Source: Mytilus trossulus
Lineage: Eukaryota
NCBI RefSeq assembly: GCF_036588685.1
Contig: NC_086378.1
Span: 16,244,001 to 16,308,000, forward strand
Direction: 5' to 3'
DNA length: 64,000 bases
Made by a program: the position numbers and the translations under genes. A model generated the notes under the pieces. The model was not told where the DNA came from. It saw only the letters and a list, made by a program, of their open reading frames with translations, and did not search any database. Shown piece by piece: positions 1-13,759 of the stretch (position 1 is the stretch's first letter; every line of letters begins with the position of its first letter).

Positions 1-1510
1 AATCTATATAATAACTATTGATTGAATAATATACAACTTATGACAGAATATAAATTAAATTGGGAAAATAAGTTTGAAAAAGCCAAAAAACTCAAGAAAT
101 CTTGGAAAAAAGACATCTTCCGATCATCGGTAAATTCTTATTATCAAATCACTTATCATTCCACAATTTACATACTTAGCAAGTATGAAATTCATAAATA
201 AAATGTATAGCGACAATCTAGAAAGAGAAATTTTTAATTTTATTTGAAACGGTAAACAAGATAAATTAAAAAGGTCAACTCTCATATCAGATTACAGTAC
301 GGGAGGACTTAATATGATAGATATCGACAGCTACTTCAATACACTTAAAATTAAATGGGTATCAAGACTATTGGAGTCAAAACATGAAAATTGGTCAATT
401 ATTCCGAGATTCCTTTTTGATAAATACGGGAAAAATTTCCTTATCTTCAAAATGAATTTAGAACTTAAAAATTTAAAACCACTTAAAATTAAAACTGAAC
501 TACCAGAATTTTATCTGGATATTGTAAAATGCTGGATACGGAAAGGTGGAGGTCAACTAAATCACCCACTAACTTTAGAGAAATACGTAAAGAAATTATA
601 TGGGGTAATAAAAACATAAAAAAAAAAAAACCATTATTAATACTCAATTGGATTGGAAGCAATACAATCTATATTAATGAAATTATTGACGAAAACGGTC
701 AAATCAACGAAAAGACAATACTGCGTAAGTTAGCAATTAAACACAACTGGATAGCCGAACTATCAATATTAAAAAAAAGCTATTCCAAAATGTTGGATAG
801 ATATCCTGAAAACAAATAAATCTGTTAAAACCCGCGTTAATATTAACGAAAAAATAATCAGAATGAATGAAACAGAAATAAATTAAGCAGATCTAGATAA
901 CAAAACCATATATCAATATTTAAAAAAAAAAAAAAAATAACTCCAAACATTCAAATTGGATTAATAAAATGGCAAAAAATATTAGGCGTAAAAACATTAC
1001 AAATTAAACACTCCTTATCATTTACAAACAAAGAAATATACACAAACAAACTTAAAGTTTACAAATAGAAAATATTTAGCTATATATTGGCGAATACAGA
1101 AAATCTTTTCAAATGGAAAATATATAATACGTCAGAGTGTGCTTTATGCAAATGCACAGAAAATTATCAACATTTTTTTATCAATTGTAAATTTTTAAAA
1201 GATTTGTGGAATAAAATAACAGAAAAAATTAATATCATAAACTTCTGTAAGAAAATAAACTTAATAGATATAGTCTTTGGATATAAAATAGGAGACCGAC
1301 ATTATAATGACATAAATCTTATTATAACGTTGATAGGTTTCTCAATCTACAAATCATTTTACACGTCGGAGCAAAGAACAAAATCCGCCGACATATACAA
1401 TATCTTTAAAAAAGAATTTGAATTATATTTTGAAGTTAACAGATGTGTAAAAAAAAAGTAACAGTAATTTAATTCGCAAATTTCAAAAAATTCTTGAAAC
1501 TGTTAGATTA
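1..1510 (+). pseudogene. 3' part of a decayed Tx1/L1-clade LINE ORF2 (post-RT region and C-terminal zinc-binding motif)
   Basis: Fragmented frames give FI*NGKQDKLKRSTLISDYSTGGLNMIDIDSYFNTLKIKWVSRLL, then EIIWGN, then CALCKCTENYQHFFINC (CxxC...H...C), the typical L1/Tx1 C-terminus. Stops and frameshifts occur in poly-A runs. The element runs off the window start. Confidence 0.85.
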
Positions 1511-1782
1511 TAAAATATAAAAATCGACACCTCAGCGGCCGTAAAGAAAACCCCTTAAATTACACCTATTCTAAAACTTAAATCAAAACACAATAAGGTA
1601 CAGATTATGTATAAAGACAATAAATTTATATTTCTATAAAAATAAACATAAAATATCTCACCTTTTGATAATAATCCAAAAGTGAAAAGATTAACACGTG
1701 AAGTATATTATCCCTCAATCACGTCAAGTTACGATTATCTGATCACACTAAGACATCTGCATGATTTTTATAAACGAGCATT

Positions 1783-4700
1783 CCCAGCAGGCACTCAACG
1801 TTTAATAAACGTTGAAATGAGGTTGAAATGTGATCAACGTATATTCAACGTTGAAACAACGTAACATTTTCAACGTTGAGGAATAAACCCCTATTCAACG
1901 TTGAATTAACGTTGATCATTTCAACGTTGTAATTGGAATGTTGATTCAACATTGAATCAACGTTAACTTATTTACTCATAGTATAGGCCTATATAAAAAA
2001 AATCATTATAAGAAGGCAATATATGCTGCATAACTGTAGAAGTATATATTTATAAGGAAAAGAATGAAAAAGAGTTTTGGGTTTCACAAAACAGTATAGT
2101 ATTAACTATTGGTCACTATTTCAACTTGAGTTTTGCGTCACCATGACGGTATGAGAAAAGGGGGGAGGTAAGTCGTTTGATACTAAATTTCTAGGGAATA
2201 AGAAATATAATTTATAATTTTATTTCACATAACTTTAATTTGAACATAAAGATAACATGTAAAGAAATTTAAAATAGTTGATTATCAACGATGATCGCGA
2301 TTTCTTTCTTTCATATTTTCGCGGGATTTGAACAGGAAGTTAGATTGCCCATGCGCATTATTCAAACACGCACCTTTCCTGTATTTGAAAAAAGAACAAC
2401 AAAGGACGAAGTCGAAAGAGAAACTTCCCGTTTATCACGTATATTTATGGTATGTAGATGTTTGCATGTGGCTATCACGGTTTGTTATATTTATGAATTG
2501 TGTTTAGAAACTCTGAATTGGTATCATATTGCACAATTAGAGAAAATTATAATGTCAACATTGTATTCCAGAAAACAGATATAATTTCCTCCAATAATAC
2601 TATTTCTTAGAGCATTTAGTGTGGAAAGCATATTTAGATTCATTTTAAAGTTTAGGTAAAGATTGTTACAATTATTATGATTAAAGATTCACATAAGAAA
2701 AAGGGGGGGATAAGCAAGTGTTTACATTATTTTTCTCAGGTAAATATTCCCCAACATATTTACTTTATACTATATATATGCAGTTCTTTTAGTTTAACTT
2801 AAAGGCTTGGTAAACCACATACTTTTTGACGATCATATTAAACAATGAAATATAACTGGACAACAAAGTATTGAATTTGAATGATCATGGAATAGTGATA
2901 CTTTTATTGTTTTATTTTTACAAAAACAAGTCAGTCTGAGCCTTTACTGATCTACAGGTGATCTCTAACTCTGTGTAATATGAGAAATGCATGTTTACAT
3001 TAATGTGTACGTAACCTGGTTTTGAATGTTATAGCAGTCCATTATCTGATATCATTAACATGTATTATTTATTTTACAGAAGCTTGTCAAACAGATCAAT
3101 GACTAAAAGGCATCAAGTGGAGCAAAATTAAAATTCAGTATTGGGAATTCCAGTCTTTAAAATCATCAAAGGTAGGTTTTTTGTCTGTATAGCTATATAC
3201 CATTTGTGTTCAAAGATTAATCTTTTATTTATTCTAATTTTGTTTACCTTACATACCATATTATGTTTGTCTTTATATCTAAGTTATTCTAGTAAAGTTC
3301 TTTATTTTATGTTAATGGAATTGTGTGCAGTCATCAATAAAAAAAAAACGTCTTACTTAGGTAAAGTGTTTTCATCGTTAACAATAACATAGTGAAACCC
3401 TCAGTCTTACTAAACTCAGGTTGAAGCTTCTTCATTAACAAAAAAATACAACATTAATGTATATATTTTTTTTTAATGATTATCTTATTACAATATATGC
3501 TTCGTCATTATGGTTTTATTTATTTTCAATGCTCGAGATTTAGAAACAAATTGAAAGTGGCTCAAATTTAAAATATCTTTTCAGGACATACAATTTATAT
3601 TTATTATATATATATAATCTGATTTTTTCCAGAGTTTAGATATACTGCAAGAGTAAAAAGATGTCACTTGGAAATACATATCTGAAGACCTCTCCTGCTT
3701 AAAATTTACCGCTGAAAGATCCTGAGGTGGTGGAAGAATGATGACGTGCAATCAGGACAAAAAGAGACAAATATAACAAATGAATTTATAAAATAAATCT
3801 TGTATCAAAAGAAATATCATTGCATTACTATTTTTGATATTATTGTTCCTGAGTAAATAAGTATTAATGTAGTGGTTTATGAGGGTAATATAGACATTTA
3901 TATAACATATATATATGTATATATAATCAAGGACCTTTGTTTTTTGTGGACAGTTGTCTGGTTAGCAGTCATGCAGCATGTTCTTATTTTCGTAAATATT
4001 GTGATAATCCTGAATACTCATTGGATCTAATAATGTCTTCACTCTTCCTAGATATATATATATACTACTTTCAAGAAGGGTTTAACATAGGTTGGTCGTT
4101 TAATAAAAACTACTTTGAACTTGTGAGAATTGTTTAGAACTATTCAACATCTTCTTTCCTTTCTGTGGTGTCAGGGAATAAAGTGCATGTCTTAGTTTTT
4201 ATGCAAACTGTGCAAATTCATTGAATGATTTGTCTTTCTATAGCTATTCACAACAAGAAAAACTACAACTTGTCAAGTAAGAATATATCAAAAATTATAG
4301 GTGTCCACTTGTATATTAAATAGATAATTAGGTCTATAGTTATCGTTAAATACAAGTGGACACACACAATCATTTTAGCTATTCCTTCTGCCAACAGGAT
4401 TTTAAGATATGATATTTATGGTCTAGATTTTTGACTTTGTACAAGCACCAAATGTTGTTTAAAGTAACAGTTGATGTATTTATTTAGATGTCTTCCATTT
4501 AACTTATCTATTTTGTTCATATGTGTATTGGTGAGAGGGAAAAACATTAAAAAAAACCAACATGTACACCAACACTGTCTGTTTACTATCTAACAACAGC
4601 AAAAATTTGGAAAGCAGGTAAAAAAATGTGGTGTTTGTAGCTTTATAATAAATTTCATTACTATACATTCAACTACTATTCAACCTTGAATCAACGTTGA

Positions 4701-4834
4701 ATGGATGTTGAAACTTCAACGTTGAAATGACAACGTTAATTCCAATTTTCAAAATCAAACATAAATTTGACATTGTTTCAACGTTGAGAAACAACCTTGT
4801 TTCAACGTTGAATCAACGTTGAGTGCCTGCTGGG
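1783..4834. mobile_element. Non-autonomous CACTA/EnSpm-like DNA transposon (~3.05 kb)
   Basis: TIR CCCAGCAGGCACTCAACGTT at 1783 and its exact reverse complement ending at 4834. TT flanks both ends (2-bp TSD). Palindromic TCAACGTTGA subterminal arrays lie at 1795-1970 and 4675-4825. 5'-CCC termini with a 2-bp TSD fit animal EnSpm/CACTA-type elements. Confidence 0.85.
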
Positions 4835-5164
4835 TTAGGTGTCAGGTAGATTGTATTCAATAATGAGGATGTTAAAGTAAGGGTCAAATACGGTGAAAAA
4901 TTACGTAACTATACATGAATGATTTGCAATAATATATTATGCTTATATTGTATTTTTTTCTATTTGTAATTAACAATCAGTTAGATTATATTATAATTTA
5001 TGAATGTATGTTTCAAACACAAATTAAGCTAACAAGTACTAACAAAATTTATTATATACTACTAACGGTTAACGAGGCCGGGATAAGGTACCGATATTTG
5101 ATGTATCAACTAACAAATGTAAAAAACTATCAATAAAACATGAGTAAATTAAAAAAAAAAAAAA

Positions 5165-5878
5165 ATGTATAAATTATTGAAGTATCTACGTGAACCTATT
5201 GTACCACCTCCTGGTCAACGCGTATTAACTCCATTTGTTCTTACTGACAGTAAGGGATACTGGGTCAGCAAACACTGTACTATCCCCACTGAAAACACAA
5301 TCAAATGGTGGTTCAAGTCCGGACGCACTTCAACTCAAGGACTTGAGTGGCTACGAAGCAACCTAGACTCAAAGATTGGTCAGCTTGATAACATATCTCT
5401 TTATATATGGTTTATAGGAACCTGTAATTTAATAACATATGACGGAAAATACAGCTTTAAGGTCTGAAGAACAAGACACAATCAAAACACTGACCGATAA
5501 CTATCAACATATAATTGAGCTATTTAGGAACTATCCGGGTTGTAAACTCACCTTCTTGCAGCTTCCTCCATATTCTATATATGCGTGGAATAAATTATAA
5601 ACAACATCCTGAATTAAAACAATTTATAGAACAAGACATCAAACTTCTGAAACAATATACAGAAATTAACGAGCATATAAGCAAACTCAACGTACAGGAC
5701 ACTTGGATTAATTTCACCAAATTTTGCCTCAGATATCTATCATAAAGTAAACAAGAAAAAATCTGACAACAAACGTAAAGCATCTGATCAATATAACTTT
5801 AACTTGTACCGTGACGGAATATACCCAGATACGACCCTGCGTAAAATAACAAAACTAGTGATATTTGACTGCTGGTAA
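5165..5878 (+). pseudogene. SGNH/GDSL esterase-like ORF of a LINE, frameshifted
   Basis: VLTDSKG (block I, GDS-like), IWFIGTCNL (block III, GxND-like) and LYRDGIYP near 5805-5826 (block V, DGxHP-like), split over several frames. Confidence 0.7.
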
Positions 5879-5967
5879 ATTGCTCTATAGGTACTAGCGA
5901 TCAGATCTTCACAGGTATCGCTGGTCTTACAGACAATTTTATAACGTGGCAATTTTATAATACAAGA

Positions 5968-7800
5968 TGGCTTTAGTTAAAAAAACAAAACAATTTAAAG
6001 CATTCAATGAGTGACAGCAAGCTCTATACTGGAAAAACTTATGAGAATAGTTATGTGTTAAATATTGATATTAATTTACAGGCGGGGATATAACTTCTAA
6101 ACTAGATACAGTTTCGTTTGAGTTATTCATATTCGCATGTGAAACAACTGCCAAGGCTAAAACTGGCAACAAGGTACAATATACCTACCAAATCACTGAC
6201 TCGACAAACTTGAGCTTCACAATCAATGCCTACTTAACAAAATGTACATTACTGATAAATTGGAAAGACGCTCATCAATTCATACATCAACATGCTCAAG
6301 AAATTCACAAAATTATGAGTAACACACAGATAAAAGTAGCAAAAATAAATATAGAAATGTTAAATCAAAATTTGGCAATAAAACTTAAAGTAGCACTAAA
6401 CTCTTTACAACAGAATAAAGTCATTGGGAAAAATCTAGATAAAGACCAAGAGAAGCAAAATGAGCTCCAACAAGATGAAAAATGTAATAAAAGTAGACGT
6501 CATTGTCGAACAAGATCTGTCATGTTTAAAAACAATTACTGGGTCCATTATAATTGTGACAAACTAGATGAAAAAGAAATTGAAGTAATAGAACAAAGTG
6601 AACATAATTATGTGTGTAAAACTTGCACAAATGAAGCGTTTGACTCAAGAAACAACTTTTAACAATTAGCAATCTTAGATAATAACTGTGCTATTAAAAA
6701 GTCAGAATTGTCAATAGCTGACATTATGTTACATCAATGTTATGCCTGCAATAATTTTGAACAAAGTGTTGAAAACAGATGTTTAATATGTGATATGCCA
6801 TTTCATGACAATTGTCTAGATAACGACACTCAAAAATACTATTCATGCATAGGGTTATCATAGCAGAGAGATCTCAGTGACAAAACCCAATAACAAACAC
6901 ATCAAACAATCCCAAAATCTATAGAAATAGAAACTGAGACAACTAGTTTAAGTGACTCAGAACAGATAAACATATCTTTTGAAACAAATCCAAAAAATAT
7001 ATAACCTGAATCTAGACCTACTGTTGGTATTGTTCAAAGAGCTGAAACACGCCAAACAACAGAAACTGAATCTCCAAAAAAACAAACATCTTAGATAGAC
7101 ATACATAAATCAGAATTTCGAAATCTAGAACTGGAAAATACAATTAAAACTCCGTACACAAAAATTGAGTCTCTTCAGAACAAGCATAATCAACATCTTC
7201 CTGAACACAAAAGCTCTGCTAGCAAGACTACTGATGACCTTGTTACTGGTATACGAGAAAAAGTAACAAAATATGTACTTAGTAAAGTTGATGATGAAAA
7301 AAATAAACTTCAAAATAAAAATAAAACTACTAACAATCATTCTTTCAACAAAAACAAATCAAACATATGATTACCAGCAAACGTATCCTTCAAATCAACA
7401 ACATTACAGACAAAGCAGCTATACTCAAAACTATGGTGAACCATCAGCAACTAGTCAGTATAGTATGTACGGAGCAAGGTATAGTGAACCCAATCAATAC
7501 TGTTACCGCTCAGATAATGAGGACATAAATTATCAAAATTATGATCAAAGAATACTAAGTCAATTCTCATATTCAGCAGAACTAGAAACTCGAAACATCT
7601 GCAAGGATAACCTAATAGAAGTTGTTACAAATTGAACGAACCATGATTATGGCCAAAACCACATTTCTGTTCAAAACAAAACAACACAACATTCAAGAAT
7701 AAATGATCAAGGTATATATCAATTGAAGCATAACAATCAGCCAACATTAGACAATCTGTATAGGCACATACATGCAGGACAAGCATTGCACTACCAACCT
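5968..7800 (+). pseudogene. LINE ORF1-like remnant with PHD-type zinc fingers
   Basis: WVHYNCDKL...YVCKTC (PHD C-terminal half) in ORF 6210-6662. A second Cys/His cluster CYAC...CLICDMPFHDNC lies near 6738-6815. Q/Y/N-rich low complexity follows. Multiple stops. Confidence 0.65.
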
Positions 7801-7934
7801 ACATGACACACAGATAATTTTTTATACCACCCAAGACTCAACCAGATACCGCACTAGATGCCAATTTGCTCACAAATGTAAATAGTAACTGTAAAAATAA
7901 TGTTTTAGATTTTAATGATTGTGAGCAGAAAAAT

Positions 7935-9775
7935 ATGAACATTCTGAGTTTTAATTGTAAAAATATTTTAAATTGTGGACCATTCTTCATGGAGATGATG
8001 GAAGATGTCGATATTAATTTACTACAGGAACATTGGTTGTTTGACTGTGAACTCAACATGTTGAATGAAATTCGCTCTAAATATATAAGAATAGGAAAAT
8101 CGGTGGACACTGATGACCCTCTGCCGCCAATACAAATGCCGAGAGGATATGACGGAGTGGCAAAATTGTGGCGAAAAGAACTAGACCACCTTATATCGAC
8201 TGTGAAAGCAGGAAATAGTAGAATCCAATGCATTGAAATAGAAGGTGATCCCAACATCATCATTATTTCTCTGTATCTACCATGCAAATGACCCACTTAT
8301 AGTACACAAGAGTTACTAGAATGTATAGACCAACTGAATGAAATTGTATGTACATACTCAAATACTCATCAGATAATTATAGGAGGAGATTTTAATGAAG
8401 ACATAATTAATGGTGCTTCCTCTCAAAGAAAAAAATGTATCAATGACTTTATGCAAGATCAGGAGCTATCTTCAAAAGAAACTGGTCTTACCTTTATACA
8501 TTCAAATGGAAAAGATTCTACGGCCATTGACTTGATTATTTATCAAAACAAATATTCAGAGAACATAATAGATATAAAGAAACTAAACGTAACTTCAAAT
8601 GTCTCGGACCATTACCCTATAGTATTGTCTGTTCTACATCATCAGAAAAAGCTCAATACTTCGGGAAAATCGCAAATTTCAACAAAACCATTTAACAAAA
8701 GAATTAAATGGGACGTAATTGATACAGGAAAATATGCAAGTCTCATCTCGACAGAAATTAGCTCAACAAGATGCCAAATACAAAATCGTGAAGACATTGC
8801 GAGTGGTTTTAGCACTTCAAATAACATCATAATTAAAGCTTCAAAACTTTTTGCTCCTAAATCAAATAAAGGAAAAAAAAGCCAAAATTACAAGTGATGA
8901 ATGAGGAAATTCGCAAAGCTATCATTAACAAGAAAATTGCATTCTATAACTGGAAAAATAACGGAAGCAATAATGATCAGCACAACTACTATCTGAAGCA
9001 AAAGAAACTAACAACTTACGAATGTCGTTTAGAAATAGAACTTAGAAGAATAAACGAGAGGCAAAAACTAATTGAATCTAAAGTTTCCGATATCAATTTT
9101 TTTTTAGAATGATCAGAATTCACAGAGGAAAAATGTCCAAACATATAGATGAGCTCAATGTTGATGATCAAATTTATAACAGTGACAATCAAATAATTAA
9201 CGGCTGGCATACACATTTTGGAGAACTAGCTAAAAAGTCTGTCAATACAAAGTTTGATCATAAACACTCTTCAATATATGAACTGTCAATATACTATCGG
9301 GAAAATACACCCACTGATTACTACAAAAACAGCAAATAATAGAGACATTGTAAGGATTCCTTCAAGAACTAAAATTGCTTCAGGAACTTATATATTTCAA
9401 TCAAATCGAGCATCATTCAATAAAAACAAAGTCAATCCAACATGTTAACTTTGTAATAAGAGTTCTGAAACCTTGCTACATGTTCTATTGACATGTGAGT
9501 CATTTGAAATGGCCAGGAAAAGATCGGTGGATAAAATAATTGATATGGGAAGTGAACTTTTAGCAAAATCTTACTTTGTAGAGGAAGTAGACTTAATTCA
9601 ACTTATAGTTAATCCCTTCTACTATACTGTGAAATATAACAATGAAATTGTTCAAAATATTGCTGGACAACTAGAAAGAGTGTTATTTATACAGCTTATT
9701 TATAATCTGCATATGAAGCGATATGATCTGCTAATTAAACAACAAAAATGCGAAAAGAAAAACAATCTTTCGTGA
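7935..9775 (+). pseudogene. RTEX/CR1-like LINE ORF2: APE endonuclease plus C-terminal zinc knuckle, RT domain deleted
   Basis: APE motifs ILSFNCKN, LLQEHWL, GYDGVA, IIIGGDFNE, TFIH, IDLII and SDHYPI are present. After ~9270 the sequence jumps to the C-terminus (IASGTYIFQSNRASFN...PTC*LC...ETLLHVLLTC), with no RT motifs in between. Confidence 0.85.
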
Positions 9776-10359
9776 GGAGTGTATATTAGATAACATGTGA
9801 CATTATGCTGATGATCAGGGTGGGAATCTCCACAGGTATCATTCAGTTGCAATCAAATCAAATAGACAGTTAGATAAACCTTAATAAATTTTGGTTATTA
9901 GATATGGGTGCATACAGATCAAAATTAAAGATAATTTTTTATCTTTTTATTGTCAAATTATATATTAAATGTACATAACGGTGGCATTACAGAAAAGTCA
10001 CTTTTTGCCGATATTTTACTGTGTATTCATAATTGGAATTGACATTCATTGTGACTGTGTATTATAACATTGTGTTGTGGAGGATTACATATTCAACTCC
10101 TTTAGAGGTGTGCCTACATTGGCAGAATTTATATTGATACAGATACATAGTATGTCAAGATCAATAGGTAAAGGTAATATTAATAAATGTAATAATTGTG
10201 TCGTTCAAAGTATAATGTTTCAAATAACAACAGAGTCACTTCAAAAGAATATCTCAAAGAACTGACTTAACAGTACAAGTACTATTAATGAAGACAAATA
10301 AAAGAATACTATAACACGTTATTAAGATGATAGCCAACGTCAGTACGCAAAATCTATAC

Positions 10360-11045
10360 CCCTGAATAGGAGCTCATCAACTTATCTGAAAGTGAAATTA
10401 AATAACCTGGCTTCTTTGATCTTCTTGTTTTTGACAAGTGTCTGAAGGAACTCCGATTCATATGAAAATAAGAAGAGGTCGACAAAGAGAGGCACACAGT
10501 TCGTTTCCATACGAATGCCGACAATTTGTTGATAAAGTCTACCTCCAAATTCAACAAATATGTTGTCAATAAGAAACTCCTGCATACTGATCACTTGTTC
10601 CTCTGTGTAGTACGTTTTACCCTTTTGTTCCTTATTAACAAAATATGCCTTATGGTATCCCAAAGTGATAAATTTATAGTGTATGCTACCATTTTTATGA
10701 TGAAAAGCAGTGTGTAATACTTCTTGTAGACGGTTTTTCAATTTCACATGGAAAATGGTTGTATACAAGGTTTAAAAATCAAAAGTTCAAATAGAATTAA
10801 CTTCAGAAAAAGATTAAGATTTAAAATTATCTTCTTTAGAGTATTTAAGAATCCACATATGGTTAATACCACTACGTGAGTGAACAGTTTCACAGTATAT
10901 CTGAAGACCCTCTTCAACTGCGGACATAATTTTAGTCAATATAATCGACATTTTTTTAGTAGAACAAGCAGATGAGCCGGCAATGTAACGTTGCTTGTAC
11001 GGAATTCTGTGAAGTTGAGGTATCCAATACAAACAAGGTAAGTCC
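10360..11045 (-). pseudogene. Penelope-like element reverse transcriptase fragment
   Basis: YWIPQLHRIPYKQRYIAGSSACSTK, then LYTTI, then IDNIFVEFGGRLYQQIVGIRMETNCVPLFVDLFLFSYE...NFTFR. These are PLE RT motifs up to just before the YxDD box. Confidence 0.9.
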
Positions 11046-12017
11046 TTTTGAATTTTATTTCTGATTTATTTACTGGTAACTAATGTAGATGACAAATTGG
11101 TGTCATTCATGACAATTAAACAGAATCCACATGATATTTGCGACCATTATTGGATTAATATGACTTTTATATTATTCTGTTTGTAACCGTTTTTATCACT
11201 TTTCAAATTCCCTTGTCTTAATTGTTCATAGTTTTTTCCGTATATTTTAGCCAATCGTCTTGAGTCTATACCCATTTGAACCGATAACACCCCATATAGC
11301 AATTAAATTATACGTGTGTTGACATTTATAACCCTTTTACAGACCAATTAACAGGCCGGGTTTTATACACCCGACCCATCAACAGACCAGGTTTAAAATT
11401 AAGATTGATTTATAGAACCAAAATACAGATTTGTGTGTAGATTTTTTAACAATGATATCAATATGGTTAACAAACATAATGCCTATCTTTTTTCGTTGTT
11501 CAAAATATTGCATGCACATACATTCGTTGTCTTTTTGTGTGTGTAAAATATGTATACATTTATTGATATGTAACCCGCATTTTCAATTTATAGATCGTAC
11601 ATCTAAGGTAGAAAAATAATAACTACACCACTGGATTCGGTACATTTAACTGTTTTGTTCGACATGAATAATTTTTATGATGAATATATATTTAAAAAGA
11701 AATACAATGAAACATGCTGAACTTTCAACGATTATTTCTCGATAACACCTGATTAACAGACTTTAGCCAACCCGATTAACAGACCAACCGCCGATATAGC
11801 CGCATACTCAATATAGATTAACCAACCAATATCTCGGTTAGCAGAGTGTCGGCCGTGTAAAATATATTATCACTTAATTCAAGTATTGAGACAATCCTCA
11901 TTTCCAACTTTACATTTTTCTAGTTCCAAATCAATTTCGATTCTAAGTAAAAGTATCTTATTTTCCAGTTAATATAGCTTAAAATAAAACTTACAAAATG
12001 CATTGCTCGGATATTCA

Positions 12018-12284
12018 CCAGCTTTGAATTTAGAAATGTCACGTTAGAACTGTCAAATTTCTTGTTTGAGAGAGAAATAGGAATCACATAAATTCCTCAT
12101 TCCTTATTAAAAAAATATTAAGTCGAAATTCCAAAATCAGCATTTTTTTGTTGTTTTTGTTTGTTGATATGCGGATGATATAATTAAATCTAGACAACGT
12201 GATGGCTCCACCACCTCTATATAGATCTGGAGTAACTGTTTATAACAAAGTCAATGGGAGACTTTGTTGCAGATGTTATTGTGT
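12018..12284 (-). pseudogene. Possible decayed or terminal sixth Ig-like exon of the Ig gene
   Basis: Acceptor-like tttttgtctatcag|AC at 12284. Phase-1 reading YTITSATKSPIDFVINSYSRSI* (TAG 12217-12219) is followed by RWW and frame-broken Ig-like strands (LNIFLIRNEEF, SNVTFL) and a donor-like CTG|GTGAAT. The acceptor overlaps the end of a HINE repeat. Confidence 0.3.
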
Positions 12285-12812
12285 CTGATAGACAAAAATG
12301 ATGCCCCTGCAGAGGCTTAGTTTTATTTATAAATTATACAAATCTACGGGGGCACATAGGTTTATGGTTCATTGGAGGACTACCTCTTAAAGAAATAAAT
12401 AATCCAAAGGTGAACAACGTTCAACTTTCTCCCAAAAGAGAACTTATGTATTGCGATAAAACCCCTGGCTATATGCACACCTTCAATATATGTACAAAAA
12501 GCTAGCAAAGTTAACACGTCCTAGTGTTCTAACAGTAGGAAAAGTTATCTAGAAATGCTATGCACGTCTAATACAAGTACACACTCCAAAAATGATTAAG
12601 TTCAACTACCTGACAAATATTAATAAAATTTACAACATACACACATATGTACAAACAGCAAAGTGACATTTTTCTAGGATTCAAACTGCAGAAGAAACTA
12701 TGCAAAATAACTATTTACCCATAAATGGACGGACGGACAAAAAGACAGAAGGACGGAAGGACGAAACGAAGGACCACCAGGGATAAAGCAATTTTCAGTT
12801 GCGGGGGCATTA
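12275..12812. mobile_element. HINE/DINE-1-like non-autonomous Helentron-type repeat
   Basis: Sub-terminal inverted motifs ATGCCCCTGCA / TGCGGGGGCAT, with a GGAC microsatellite near 12727-12775. Confidence 0.6.
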
Positions 12813-12829
12813 CATCAAAGAATCAAATA

Positions 12830-13130
12830 GTTATAAATAAGGAGATGAAGTATGATTGTCGACGAGATCAGAGACATACTATAAGTGAATGTAAGCAACA
12901 ACAGGCACACGTACAACCTTCAACAAAAGATCCAACATATACCGTATAGTCGGCTATAAAAGGCCCGTACAAGTGTCGCAGGACAAACAAAACAAATAAC
13001 AGATTTATTTGTAACAAACATTTTTCAAAAACAAAAACAACAGATCTGAACCACCAATAACAACTGGACCTTCATGTTCCTGACTACGGACAAACACTTA
13101 CTAGTACTTAATATATCAACACTGTACTTG
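12830..13130 (-). repeat. Dispersed SINE-like repeat carrying a degenerate twister-like core
   Basis: The reverse complement contains TGTTTGTCCGTAGTCAGGAAC and CCTTTTATAGCCGACTATACGGT...TTGAAGG, homologous to 58005-58300. Confidence 0.55.
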
Positions 13131-13169
13131 CATATGAGAGCGCTAATCCCTAACAGTTTTTTGACCTGT

Positions 13170-13389
13170 GATAACCTAGATCCCTCAATGATAATTGTGG
13201 CCAAGTATGGCTTAGTTTGGCCCAATAGTTTTAGAGAAGAAGATTTTTGTAAAAGTTAACGACGACGACGGACGACGACAGACGACGGTCGACGGACGAC
13301 GGACGACGACGACAGACGATGGACATAAAATGATGAGAAAAGCTCAATTGGCCCTTCAGGCCAGCTGCAGGTAATCATGAGCTAAAAAA
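13170..13389. mobile_element. HINE terminal fragment, same family as 58893-59997
   Basis: GATTGTGGCCAAG...AGAGAAGAAGATTTTTGTAAAAGTTAACGACGAC (GAC microsatellite)...GATGAGAAAAGCTCA..GGCCC, near-identical to 59860-59997. Confidence 0.8.
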
Positions 13390-13495
13390 CAATATTATGC
13401 AAAACCAAATGTAGGAGATTGAAACTAACTATAACATATATAACAAAATCAAAAAAAGAAATTACACTGATTTCAATATAATATTTCATACTCAC

Positions 13496-13759
13496 ACTCA
13501 ACAATAACACTGACAGTTGAAGATGTCTTACTCCCGTAGGTATTTATCGCCGTACACATATAACTCCCTGCTTGATTACGATCAATGTTCTGTAGATGAA
13601 GTACTGATAAAGCTCCGCTACGAATATTTGGTCCTGTCCATGACATTGAACAGTTAGGATTACATTCAGCTGTGCATGTGATAGGACCAATATCTCCTGT
13701 TGTTTCTATTACCATGTATATCAGTGTGTTTGGTTCTATGTTAACCTGTTCTGGTCCGT
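13496..13759 (-). CDS. Ig gene exon 6 (Ig domain 5, CEACAM/hemicentin-like C2/I-set)
   Basis: ttattgcag|AC...GAG T|gtgagt, 264 nt, phase 1-1. YGPEQVNI...CTAECNPNCSMSW...DRNQAGSYMCTA. Confidence 0.92.

Noticed and set aside
11310-11860. Possible small TIR element with ATTAACAGACC repeats
   Set aside because: The ends match only loosely and no TSD was found.
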